NCBI GenBank assembly: GCA_038087875.1
Contig: JAXLNO010000055.1
Coordinates: 1 to 43,784 of the forward strand
Source: Malacoraja senta
Taxonomy: Eukaryota
Length of the DNA: 43,784 nucleotides
Direction of reading: 5' to 3'
This document shows positions 22,861-33,760 of the stretch, one piece after another (position 1 is the stretch's first letter; the number at the start of each line of letters is the position of its first letter). Below the pieces are notes generated by a model. That model searched no databases and was not told the DNA's origin. It saw only the letters and a list, made by a program, of their open reading frames with translations. A program made the position numbers and the translations under genes.

Positions 22861-24624
22861 ATGCCAGGTGCTAAGGAGGTAAGAGGGTCTGGTTCTCATG
22901 TAGACAGATCTAATGTGATACAATTAAATGTTTACCTCAGATATGTTTATACTGAAGGTTATTCAAGGGCATCGAATAAAGCTTAATGCAAATACTGATT
23001 TACCCATGCAACATGTTCCAAAAAAGGAGTTTGACCAGTATCACTGAACAATTGGAAGTTCAGCTGGAACTTGCAAGCTTATGTAATAAAGGTGTAATTG
23101 CTAAGGCAGTTTACCAAAGCCATCAGTTTGTGTCCAATATCTTTCCCAGACCAAAAAAGGATGGGGGATGCAGAATTATACGGACCTGAATAGTCTTAAC
23201 CCTTTTGTACGGTATAGACATTTTAAGATGGAAACGTTTGTGAAGGAGATCTTAAAGATGCGGATTCAGTGTCTGTTCATTTGCAGGATAGAAGATTTAA
23301 AATTCAGCTGGATGGGGCAATTATGCCAATACAATCCACTGCCTAATGGTTTCTCTTCAGCTCCTAGAGGGATTACAAAGTTGTTAAAACCTATTCTAGG
23401 CATGATGAGAAGTCAAGGTCATGTGCTCATGGCTTAACTAGACAATCAAAGGAAACAGCTGAAGCATCAGTGGCAGTTGGTAAAAAACATTTTTTAATTG
23501 GGCTTTATAAGCTTCCAGAGAAATCTAAATTTATACCTGTGGCACAAATTGACTAGTTGGCTTCACAATGGACTTAATCAACATCATTGTGACCTTGCCC
23601 AGGCAAAAAGGGTAGAGCTAATTAAGAGTTATATCAAGTTAATTGCTGACACACAGCCTTCAATTAGCCAGGTGACAAGTCTGCTGTGGTAATGGCTGGC
23701 AGCATTTCCAGCAGTTCAATATGGCCACTTTATTATCTACAATTACAAAGGTCAAAGGAACAAGCATTGAGGATACATTGGGGTCATTATAATAGACCTA
23801 TGCTTCTATCAATAGAGGCTGTTGCTGATGTACAATGGTGGATTCAGCATGTGTCCACTAGTAGTTCCAAAGTGTTATTGGACCAAGCTTCCATGATTTG
23901 CAGACAGATGTCAGAGCACTTGGGTAGGGTGCTACTGATACAAGATCCAGCGGTGGAGACAGATGAACATTGCTTCTGCAAACATGGGTAATTAACCAAG
24001 AGTATTTTATGGACTCAAGGCTTATGGCACTAACTAAACTAGTTTGCATGTGCAGTGCAAAATAGACAAAACTACAGCAGTTGCTGATATGAATCACATG
24101 GGTGGAATCAAATCGTTATCATGTGACAGGTTGGCAAATACAATTGGACCTGGAGTAGGGATAGAGAGATTTGGATTGGAGCTATCTATCTGCCAGGGAA
24201 ACTTAATGTAGTACCAGATGGCAGCTCACGAAAATTCCATCATAACACAGAGTGGATGTGAAACCAGGATGTGTTCAAGAACATAGTACTTCTATATGGA
24301 AGGCCAAAATATGTTTCATAGGCACCAGATCCAGGGGCAGTGGCAATTGATGCTTTTTCACTAAATTGGGATGATATGTTTGTGTACATTTTCCCACCAT
24401 TCTGCCTCATAGGTCGGTGTTTGAGAAAATCAAGCAGGATGCCGCTTCAGGGGTTTTGGTGATACCAAATTGCCTGATTCAACCATGGTTCCCTTTGATG
24501 TTACAGATAGCGATCCAACCTCCTTTTGCTGATTCCAAACAGTAGGAATTTGCTGGAGCATCCAGTAACGCATTAAGTTCATCCGTTATGTGATGGTATG
24601 GATCTGTTAATTTGCAGGTTTTAA
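22861..24624 (+). pseudogene. DIRS pol: reverse transcriptase, RNase H and adenine-methyltransferase-like domain (disrupted)
   Basis: FVSNIFPRPKKDGGCRII, HFKMET, LPNGFSSAPRGITKLLKP, IDKTTAVADMNHMGG, IYLPGKLNV, YIFPPFCLIG, QPWFP. Confidence 0.9.
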
Positions 24625-25602
24625 GAATGCCTTACATTGGTCGAGGACTTTCTAGGCCAACGGTGGATATACTCACTGCAGCCTGGAGAAACAGTACTCA
24701 AAAACAGTATATGACTTATGGAAAAAAAAATGGGAACAATATTGTGTTCAAAAGAATATTCAATATGATACTGTAGTTATTGAAAATGTGTTAGAGTTTA
24801 TCTACACTTTATTATGATGAGGGTCTTAGCTATACTGCTATCAATACAGCTAGAAGTGCTTTGTCGGCATATCTTGTAATAGGTACACGGACACAAAGTA
24901 TAGGTTCTCACCCTCTCATATCTAGGTTGATGAAAGGAATCTTTAATTCCAAATCGCCTAAGCCTAGGTATATGGTAATCTGCGAGGTAAGTGTTGTTCG
25001 TAACATACTTCGTCATTGGGTCCCTGTCAGGTCTATAACTTTGTTAAAATTAACCATGAAATTGGCTATGCTAATGGCATTGGTGTCAGTACAGAGAGTG
25101 CAGACTTCCCAAAAACTTCAGTCCGAGAGAATGGAAGTGAATACAGAGAATGTTCTGTTTTATATTTCTGACCTGCTCAAACAAAGCAGGCCAGGTGTGA
25201 CAGGTTTTAAGATTGTGTTCTCAGCATATCCTACAGCTCCATGTTTATGTATAACAACACATTTGCTACATTACATTGAAGCCACAAGGGCTTAAAGACA
25301 AGAAGAAACAGGATTATTTCTCAGTTACAAGAAGCCAACATAAAAGAGTGGCAGTTCAGACTATCTCAAGGTGGTTAAAGCAAGAGTTGGTTCAGGCAGG
25401 AATTAACATTTATGTGTTTACATCTCATTCCACTAGCGCAGTAGCAACATCCGCGGCCAGGGCGATGGACGTTCCCATCGACCATATATTAAAAGCCGCA
25501 GGTTGGAAAAATGAATTTGTGTTTCAGCAATACTACCATCGGCCGATTGCCGATGGAGGGCTGTTTGCCAACTCAATATTGAGTGCTGTTGCTATTGTTT
25601 AA
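24618..25602 (+). pseudogene. DIRS tyrosine recombinase (frameshifted)
   Basis: AAWRNST, INTARSALS, HPLISRLMKG, VSVQRVQT (R), LKQSRPG (K), SHSTSA (HxxR with R lost), AAGW, FQQYY. Confidence 0.9.
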
Positions 25603-25813
25603 AGTCTGTTTTCAATACTGTTTCATTCTGTTTCGTTTGTTGCCCCTACATTAAGAGGGTTTATTGGTTGTTTTATGACCAAAAATAAAACTGTTTGTTT
25701 TTGCATGATATGCAATGTCATGTTTACAGCATTATTGATGATACTCAGAGTCAATCGATGCAGTGAGAAGCCGGGATTTTGATCTGCGGCATAAAAATCA
25801 CAGAGCTTTAAAA

Positions 25814-25925
25814 TCTTCACGTAGTCACTCACGTAACTCCGAAGTAAAATAGTAAGATTAAACGAGAACTTACCAGTTTGAAGTTTGATCTTTATTTTAT
25901 GAGGAGTTACGTTGGTGATTACGTG
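25814..25925. other. DIRS-A internal complementary region (ICR)
   Basis: Reverse complement reproduces the joined right end plus left end (cttact-att-ttacttcggag). Confidence 0.9.
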
Positions 25926-26151
25926 CCCGCCGCGCCCAACCCTCTCTCATAGAAAAAAGGTCATAATGGTAGTTCTCATGTTGATCATCTTAATTTGTTA
26001 CTTCAATTATGGTGTCTGTGATTTCATACCGCTGCTTTGAAGATTGACGCGCATGCGCCCTGACGGGGTTCTTCACGTAATCACCAACGTAACTCCTCAT
26101 AAAATAAAGATCAAACTTCAAACTGGTAAGTTCTCGTTTAATCTTACTATT

Positions 26152-26912
26152 CTTTGCCACAGAAGGCTGTGGAGGCCAGGTCAGTGGATATTTTTAAGGC
26201 ATAGGTAGAAAGATTCTTGATTAGCACAGAAATCAGGGGTTGTTGAGGGAGTGCAGCGGAGCTTTACAAGGTTAATTCCCGGGATGGTGGGATTGTCATA
26301 TCCTGAGAGAATGGAGTGGCTGGGCTTGTATACTCTGGGATTTAGAAGGATGAGAGGTGATATTATTGAAACATACAAGATTATTAAGAGTTTGGACATG
26401 CTAGAGGCTGAAAACACATTCCCGATGTTGGGGGAGTCCAGAACCAAGGGAAACAGGGAAGTGCAACGAGACCTGGATGTCCTTGTGCATCAGACACTGA
26501 AAGTAAAGATGTGGGTACAACAGGCAGTGGAGAAAGCGAATGAAATGTTGGCCTTCATAACAAGAGGATTTGAGTACAGGAGTAAAGAGGTCCTTCTGCA
26601 GTTGGACAGAGCCCTGCTGAGACCATATCTGGAGTATTATGTGAAATTTGGTCTCCTAATTTGAAGAAAGACATCCTTGCTATTGAGGCAGTGCAGCGTA
26701 GGTTCACGCGGTGAAGATGGAGATGAGAAAAAACTTCACCCAGAGAGTTGTGAATTTGTGGAATTCTCTGCCACAGAAGGCAGCAGAGGCCAATTCACTG
26801 GATGCATTTAAAATAGTTAGATAGAGCTCTTGGGGCTAGCGGAATCAAGGGGTATGGGGAGGAGGCAGGCACGGGTTACTGATTGTGGATGATCAGCCAT
26901 GATTGCAATGAG
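26152..26912 (+). mobile_element. CR1 fragments (remainder of the DIRS target plus rearranged pieces)
   Basis: ORF 26251..26664 with CR1 C-terminal motifs out of order; CR1 tail at 26860-26910. Confidence 0.8.
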
Positions 26913-27089
26913 GTTCAGCCACATGGGTGGTCGTCAGAAGAGGCAGCGGGTAGTGCAGGACTCTCCGTGGCTCTCCCCCTCTCTTACAAGCACTGCCTTC
27001 TGCATACTATTGGGGTGACGGCCCCTCGGGGGAATATTGCAGCAGCAGTAGGGACAGGGTGACCAATTCTGGCTCTGTTGGACAGCAGG

Positions 27090-27341
27090 GGAGGTGGGGG
27101 AGTGTGGAGGAGTGGGGAGAGAGTGTGGAGGAGTGTGGGGATAGAGAGGGGGTGTGGGGAGAGAGAGGCGGAGGAGTGTGGGGATAGAGAGGGGGAGTGG
27201 GGAGAGAGAGTGGGAGAAGTGTGGGGATAGAGAGGGGGAGTGGGGAGAGAGAGTGGATGTGGGGATAGAGAGGGGGTGTGCGGAGAGAGGGGGAGGAGCG
27301 TGGGGATAGAGAGGGGGAGTGGGGAGAGAGAGTGGGAGGAG
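27090..27341 (+). repeat. Polypurine low-complexity repeat (gtggggatagagaggggg-like units)
   Basis: Direct reading. Confidence 0.85.
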
Positions 27342-27560
27342 CAGGCCCGTACGAAGCTTTTCAACAAGGGGGGTGGCATTACAGGATTACAACAAATGTA
27401 ATGTGAACTAATCTGCGCGCTACATACATCACGAGCGCGAAGCGTGAAGTCCCTCGATGCCGGGGTCCTGGAAGCTCAGGGGTTTTAGATGCTCTCTGAT
27501 GCATTCTGAGCCTTATTTTGGAGCATTTTTGCACCAAATGTATGACCAATATTTCAGAAA
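27342..27560. mobile_element. Probable MITE / non-autonomous DNA transposon end
   Basis: Begins caggcccgtacg (CAGG-type terminus); CpG-rich core cacgagcgcgaagcgtgaagtccc...ctggaagctc...ttttagatgctctctg; other end not found. Confidence 0.5.
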
Positions 27561-29345
27561 TTAACAGGAATCTGAGGTAGGTTCTTCACATAGAGGGTGC
27601 TGGGTGTATGGAACAAGCTGCCAGAGGACGATGAGTTATGATAATGATATGTAAATATCTTGCCCTTTGTATCAGCTGACGTGAAGGACAGATGGGGTGA
27701 GCGCTGTGTAAGCAGGGTGTGGGCAGGAGGCCATGGCCCGGGGAGATAATAAACACAGAGACAAAGGAATGTGACCTGTAAATATTGTGTCAGTATTATT
27801 ATTCCACATCTTAGGTGAAGATGAGACAGGTGTGTGGGGAGAGAGATTGGGAGTAGTGTGGGGAGAGAGATGTAGTTTGTAGAGAAATGTTAGGAGCGTC
27901 TGGAGAGAGGGGGTGTGTGAGGAAAGAGAGGGAGTGTGGAGAGAGAGGGTGGGAGGGTAGAAAATAGGTGAAGGAGGCCATTCGGCCCTTCGAGCCAGCA
28001 CCGCCTTTCATTGTGATGGCTGATCATCTACAATCATTAACCAGTGCCTGCCTTCTCCCCATATCCTTTGATTCCGCTAGCCCCAAGAGCTCTATCTAAC
28101 TCTCTTTTAAATGCATCCAGAGAATTGCATAAATTCACAACTCTCTTGGGTGAAAAAGTTGTTTCTCATCTCAGTTTTAAATGGCCTCCCATTTATTCTT
28201 TGACTGTGGCCCCTGGTTCTGGACTCCCCCATCATTGGGAACATTTTTCCTGCATCTAGCTTGTCCAGTCCTTTTATAATTTTATATGTTTCTATAAGAT
28301 CCCCTCTCATCTTTCTAAATTTCAGTGAACACAAGCCCAGTCTTTCCAATCATTCTTCATATGACAGTCCCGCTATCCCAGGGATTAACCTGGTGAACCG
28401 ACGCTGCACTCCCTCAATAGCAAGGATGTCCTCAACTGCACACATCATCCCAGGTGTGGTCTCGTTTCACTTCCCTTTTCCCTAATCTGACACCATTGAG
28501 ATAACAATCTGCACCCTTGTTCTTGCCGCCAAAGTGAATAACCTCACATTTATCTGTATTATACTGCATCTGTCATGCATCCGCCCACTCACGTAACGTG
28601 TCCAAGTCACCCTGCAACCTCCTCGCATCCTCTTCACAGATCACACTGCCACTCAGCTTTGTGTCATCTGCAAATTTGTTAGTATTACTTTTAATCCCAT
28701 CATCTTAACCATTAATATATATTGTAAATAGTTGCGGCCTCAGCACTGAGCCTTGCGGCACTCCACTCACCAAGTCCTGCCATTCTGACAGGGACCCGTT
28801 TATTCCTACGCTTTGTTTCCTGTCTGCCAACCAATTCTCTATCCATGTCAATACCCCTAATACCATGTGCTCTCATTTTGCCCACTAATCTCCTGTGTGG
28901 GACCTTATCAAACGCTTTCTGAAAGTCCAGAGACACTACATCCACTGGCTCTCCTTCATCCATTTTACTTGACACATCCTCAAAAAATTCCAGAAGATTA
29001 GTCAAGCAGGAATTCCCCATCACAAGTCCATGCTAACTTGGACCAATTATTTTACTGCTATCCAAATGCACCGTTATTACTTATTTAATGATTGACTTCA
29101 GCATCTTCCCCACCACCGATGTCGGGCTAACTGGTCTATAATTCCTAATTTTCTCTCTCGCTCCTTTCTTGATAACATTAGCTACCCTCTAATCCACCGG
29201 AACTGATCCTGAATCTATAGAACATTTGGAAAATGATCACCAATGCGTCCACAATTTCCAGAGCCACCTCCATAAGTACCCTGGGATGCAGAACACCAGG
29301 CCCTGGGGATTTATCAGCCTTCACTCCCATCAGTCTACCCAATAT

Positions 29346-29444
29346 GGGAGGTACACAAAAATGCTGGAGAAACTCAGCGGGTGCAGCAGCATCTATGGAG
29401 CGTAGGAGATAGGCAACGTTTCGGGCCAAAACCCTTCCAGCTCA
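29346..29444 (-). mobile_element. Short Penelope pLTR insertion with 14-bp target-site duplication
   Basis: Near-identical to 9959-10047; agtctacccaatat at 29332-29345 and 29445-29458. Confidence 0.9.
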
Positions 29445-30924
29445 AGTCTACCCAATATTATTTCTCGCCCAATGCAAATTTCTTCCAGTTCCTCTGCCTC
29501 CCGAGATCCTCCGTCCTCTAGTACATCTGGGAGATTGTTTGTGTCTTCCTTAGTGAAGACAGAACCAAAGTACCTATTCAACTCTTCTGCCATTTCCTTA
29601 TTGCCCATAATAATTTCACATGTTTCTGCCTTCAAGGGACCCACATTTGTCTTTACTAATCCTTTTCCCTTAACATATCTAAAGAAGCTTTTACAATCCT
29701 ACTTTATATTCCTGGCCAGCTTCCCTTCGTACTTCATCTTTTCAGCCCGTATTGCCTGTTTTGTTTCCTTCTGTTGTCCTATGAAAGTTTCCCAATCCTC
29801 TGGCTTCCGGCTACTCTTTGCTGTGTTATACATCTTTTATTTTAGTTTTATTCTTTCCCTAACTTCTCTTGTCAGCCACGGTTGCCTCCTACTCCCCTTA
29901 GAATCTTTCTTCCTCTTTGGAATGAAATGATCCTGCGTCTTCTGGATTATGCCCAGAAATCCCTGCCATGTCTGTTCCACCGTCATTCCTGCTAGGATCC
30001 CTTTCCAGATTACCTTGGCCAGATCCTCTCTCATGCCTTCATAGTCCTCTTTGTTCAACTGCATCACTGCCACTTCTGATTTAACCTTCTCACTCTCAAA
30101 TTGCAGATTGAAACTTATCATATTATGATCACTACGTCCTAGCGGTTCCTTTACCTCGAGTTCCCTTATCATATCTGGTTCATTGGACAACACTAAATCC
30201 AGAATTGCCTTTTCTCTGGTCGGCTCCATTACAAGCTGCTCTAAGAATCCATCTCGGAGACATTCTACAAACTCTCTTTCTTGGGGTCCAGAACCAATCT
30301 GATTTTCCCAGTCTACCACATATTGAAATCTCCCATCACCACAGTGTCATTACCTTTGTTACATGCCAGTTTTAAGTCCTGCTGCAACTTGTACCCTATA
30401 TCCACGCTACTGTTTGGGGCCCTGTAAATAACTCCCATTAGTGCGTTCTTACCTTTACAATTCCGCAATTCTATCCACAGAGACTCTACATCGTCAGTCC
30501 CTATATGACCCATCGCAAGGGACTGAATTCCATCCCTCACCAGCAGAGCTACCCCCGCCCCTCCTCTGCCCACCAGCCTGTCCTTTCTATAGGACGTATA
30601 ACCCTGAATATTCAGTTCCCAGCCCAGATCCTCCTGCAGCCACGTCTCAGTAATCCCCACAATGTCATATCTACCAATCTCTAACTGAGCCTCAAGCTCA
30701 TCTACTTTACTTCTTATACTTTGTGCATTCATATATAATACTTTTAATCCATTACTCACCTCACCATTCACATCGATCCCTATTACACTTGGCCATACTC
30801 TCCTATCCCTTCGTGAGCTTTCTGCCCCGTTAATTCTGGTGTCTTTCTTAACCTTTCCTATATTCTCTTTCCCTTTAACTCCATCCTTGTATTTCCAATT
30901 TGTCTCCCCCCCCCACTATTTACT

Positions 30925-31422
30925 TTAAACCCCCCCGTGTAGCAGTGGCAAACCTGCCTGCCACAATGCCGGTCCCCCGCCAGTTAAGGGGTAACCCGTC
31001 CCTTTTGTACGATTCACCCTTACCCCAAAACAGATCCCATGGGCTAAGAATACAAATCCCTGCCCCCTGCACCAGCTCCTCAGCCACACCTTCAGATCCC
31101 CTATCTCCCTGTTCCTGCCCTCTGCAGCACGAGGAACTGGAAGCAAACCGGAGATAACCACCCTGGAGATCCTGCTTTTCAGCCTTCTTCCGAGCTCTCT
31201 AAAGTCACGCTGCAGAATCTCTTTCCTCTTCTTCCCGACATCATTTGTGCCGACATGTACTACCACTTCCGGCTGTTCACCTTCACCCTTGAGGATGCCC
31301 TGTAATTGGTCCGTGACGTCCTGGATCCTGGCACCAAGGAGGCAACACACCATCTTTGAATCCCGCCTGTTGCTGCAGAAACCCCTGTCTGTACCTCTCA
31401 CAATGGAGTCCCCGACAACCAC
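30925..31422 (-). pseudogene. CR1 ORF1 SGNH/GDSL esterase domain
   Basis: Blocks GDS, GARIQD and VGTND; frameshifted near the DGLH block. Confidence 0.85.
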
Positions 31423-31481
31423 GGCTCTGCCTGATGTCTGTCTCTTCGGCTTTGTTTCAGCGCCACGTTTAAACTCGCAGA

Positions 31482-31810
31482 CTGTGGGGAGAGAGAAGGT
31501 GCAGGTGTGTGGGGGGGAGAGAGAGGGGTTGCGGAGACAGAGGGCGGGAGAAGTGTGGGGAAGGAAGGAGAGGACTGTGGGGAGAGAGAGGGTGCAGGTG
31601 TGTGGAGAGGGAGTGGGGAGAGAGTCGGGGAGGAATGAAGGAAGAGAGGGGAGGAGAGTGGGGAGAGGGGGGACGTGTGGGGAGAGAGAGGGAGAGTGTG
31701 GAGATGGGAGAGGAGTGGGGAGAAAGAGGAGGAGGTTTGAGGGAGCGGGTAGGGGGAGCGATAGAGACAGAGGTGGAGGGAAGAGTGCGAGAGGTGGAGG
31801 GCAGTGAGGA
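31482..31810 (+). repeat. Polypurine low-complexity tract
   Basis: Direct reading. Confidence 0.85.
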
Positions 31811-31814
31811 GCAT

Positions 31815-33195
31815 GTGGTCATAAGGTCATCCGTGATAGGAGTAGAATTAGGCCATTCGGCCCATCGATTACTCTGCCACTCAATCATTGCTGATCTATC
31901 TCTCCGTCCTAACCCCATTCTCCCGCCTTCTCCCCATAACCCCTGACCCCGTACTAATCAAAAATCTTTCTACCTATGCCTTAAAATATCCACTGAGCTG
32001 GCCTCCACAGCCTTCTCTGGCAAAGAATTCCACAGATTCACCTCCCTCTGACTGAAGAAATTCCTTCTCCTCTCCTTCCAACATGAACATCCTTTAATTC
32101 TGAGGCTACGCCCTCTAGTCCTCGACTCAACCACTAGTGGAAACATCTGCTCCACATCCACTCTATCAAAGCCTTTCACTATTCTGTACGTTTCAATGAG
32201 GTCCCGCCTCATTCTTCTAAACTCCAGCGAGTACAGGCCCAGTGCCGACAAACGCTCATCATAGGTTAACCTACTCATTCCTGGGATCATTCTTGTAAAC
32301 CTCCTCTGGACCCTCTCCAGAGCCAGCCTATCCTTCCTCAGATATGGTGTCCAAAATTGCTCAAATAGTGATGGGGACTCTGCTGTTTCTGCGGCCATGG
32401 GCGAGACTACAGTACGATGTGTTGCCTATCTGGTGCCAGATCTGAGCGGACACAGGACATTGGGTACTTTTCATAATGGCAGGCAGTGACTAGCGGAGTG
32501 CCGCAAGGCTCAGTGCTGGGACCCCAGTTATTGACAATAGATATTAACAATGTAGTCAAAGGAATTAAATGTAACATCTCCGTTTGTATATGACACAAAG
32601 CTGGGTGGCAGTGTGTGCTGCGAGGAGGATGCTATGAGGCTGCAGGTTGATGGATAGGTTGGGTGAGTGGGCAGATGCATGGAAGATTCAGTATAATGTG
32701 GATCAATGTGAGGTTATCCACTTTGGTGGTAAGAACAAGAAGGCAGGTACAGCAGGCAGTGAAGAAAGCTAATGGCATGTTGGCCTTCATAACAAGAGGA
32801 TTTTAGTATAGGAGCAAGGAGGTCCAACTGCAGTTGTACAGGGCACTGGTGAGACCACACCTGGAGTATTGTGTACAGTTTTGGTCTCCCTAATTTCTGT
32901 AAGGACATTATTGCTATAGAGGGAATGCAGCGTAGGTTCACCAGCTTAATTCCCGGGATGGCGCGACTGACATATGATGAAAGAATTGATCGACTGGGCT
33001 TATATCCACTGGCATTTAGAAGGATTAGAGGGGATCTTATAGATACATATAAAATTCTTAAGGGATTGGACAGTCTAGATGCAGGAAAAATGTTCCCAAT
33101 GTTGGAGGAGTCGCAGTTTAAGAACAAGGGGTCGGCCATTTAGGACTGAGATGAGGAAAACTTTTTCCACCCAAAGAGTTGTGAATCTGTGGAAT
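31815..33195 (-). repeat. Inverted segmental duplicate (copy C) of the two-CR1 block at 20140-21444/26152-26240
   Basis: ORF 32407..32598 translates identically to 20872..21063; 31970..32398 is nearly identical to 21072..21467, including the non-CR1 spacer. Confidence 0.95.
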
Positions 33196-33310
33196 TTTAC
33201 TTCGGAGTCACGTGAGTGACTACATGAAGAAGAGCCCGTCCAGCCGCACACGCGTCATATCGGTGTATGTGGTCCAGAGATCTTTCATTGCGCATTGTCG
33301 CCCATTTTAT
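33193..33310 (+). mobile_element. Orphan DIRS left terminus (DIRS-C)
   Basis: attttacttcggagtcacgtgagtgactacatgaaga matches the DIRS-A left ITR, then diverges; no body or right end follows. Confidence 0.85.
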
Positions 33311-33363
33311 ACGCAGATTCCCTTTTTATTATTTTTTAAAAGAAGCACCTTATTTATTATAAA

Positions 33364-33577
33364 CAAAGATAATAATGGTCTAACATAGAAGGCTAAGAGA
33401 CCAAGATAAACTGCTAAATCCAATGGACTGACGTGGATTAAACTGCGAGGCATAACGGGGATCGGGGTCTTATTCCTAAAATGGTGGAAGTGACGCTCCG
33501 TTGCGTTCCGATACGTACTACACATCAGTCCATTGGATTTCGTAGGAGTGGTCTATCTTGCTCCTCTAGTATGTTTG
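33364..33577. mobile_element. Short non-autonomous P-family element (MITE) or nested ends
   Basis: Internal inverted repeat aaatccaatggactga / tcagtccattggattt; 33494-33577 is a direct paralog of the transposon right end at 42872-42948. Confidence 0.65.
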
Positions 33578-33760
33578 ACCAAAGATCCTATAGCGGAGCA
33601 AGATGGACCACTCCTGCGATAAACACGTTGTACCGTGATGGGCAGATTCATGGGTAATTATAGGACCCATTTCCGTAACCAGCTTCCGTCCATCTTGCTT
33701 CCGCCCAAAGATAGGATCTTTGCTTCCGCCTCCCTCCGCACTCGTATCTTTGCTTTGGCC

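Larger units (their letters stand above)
21442..26151 (+). mobile_element. Full-length decayed DIRS1-like tyrosine-recombinase retrotransposon (DIRS-A)
   Basis: Left ITR 21442-21503, right ITR with extension 26045-26151, internal complementary region 25814-25925; gag, RT/RNaseH/MT and YR remnants in order; att at both junctions. Confidence 0.95.
27958..31470 (-). mobile_element. Near-full-length CR1 LINE with internal deletions (ORF1 esterase, ORF2 APE endonuclease and RT, 3' tail)
   Basis: ORF1 GDSIVRG..HVGTND; ORF2 [54 protein letters not shown]. Confidence 0.95.

Noticed and set aside
24618..25602. Phage integrase or bacterial contamination
   Set aside because: The recombinase sits in a DIRS ITR/ICR structure inserted cleanly in a vertebrate CR1
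31815..33195. Idea that DIRS-C is DIRS-A relocated by an inversion between the two CR1s
   Set aside because: In copy C the DIRS-A target CR1 is contiguous with its own tail, and DIRS-C diverges from DIRS-A after ~40 bp
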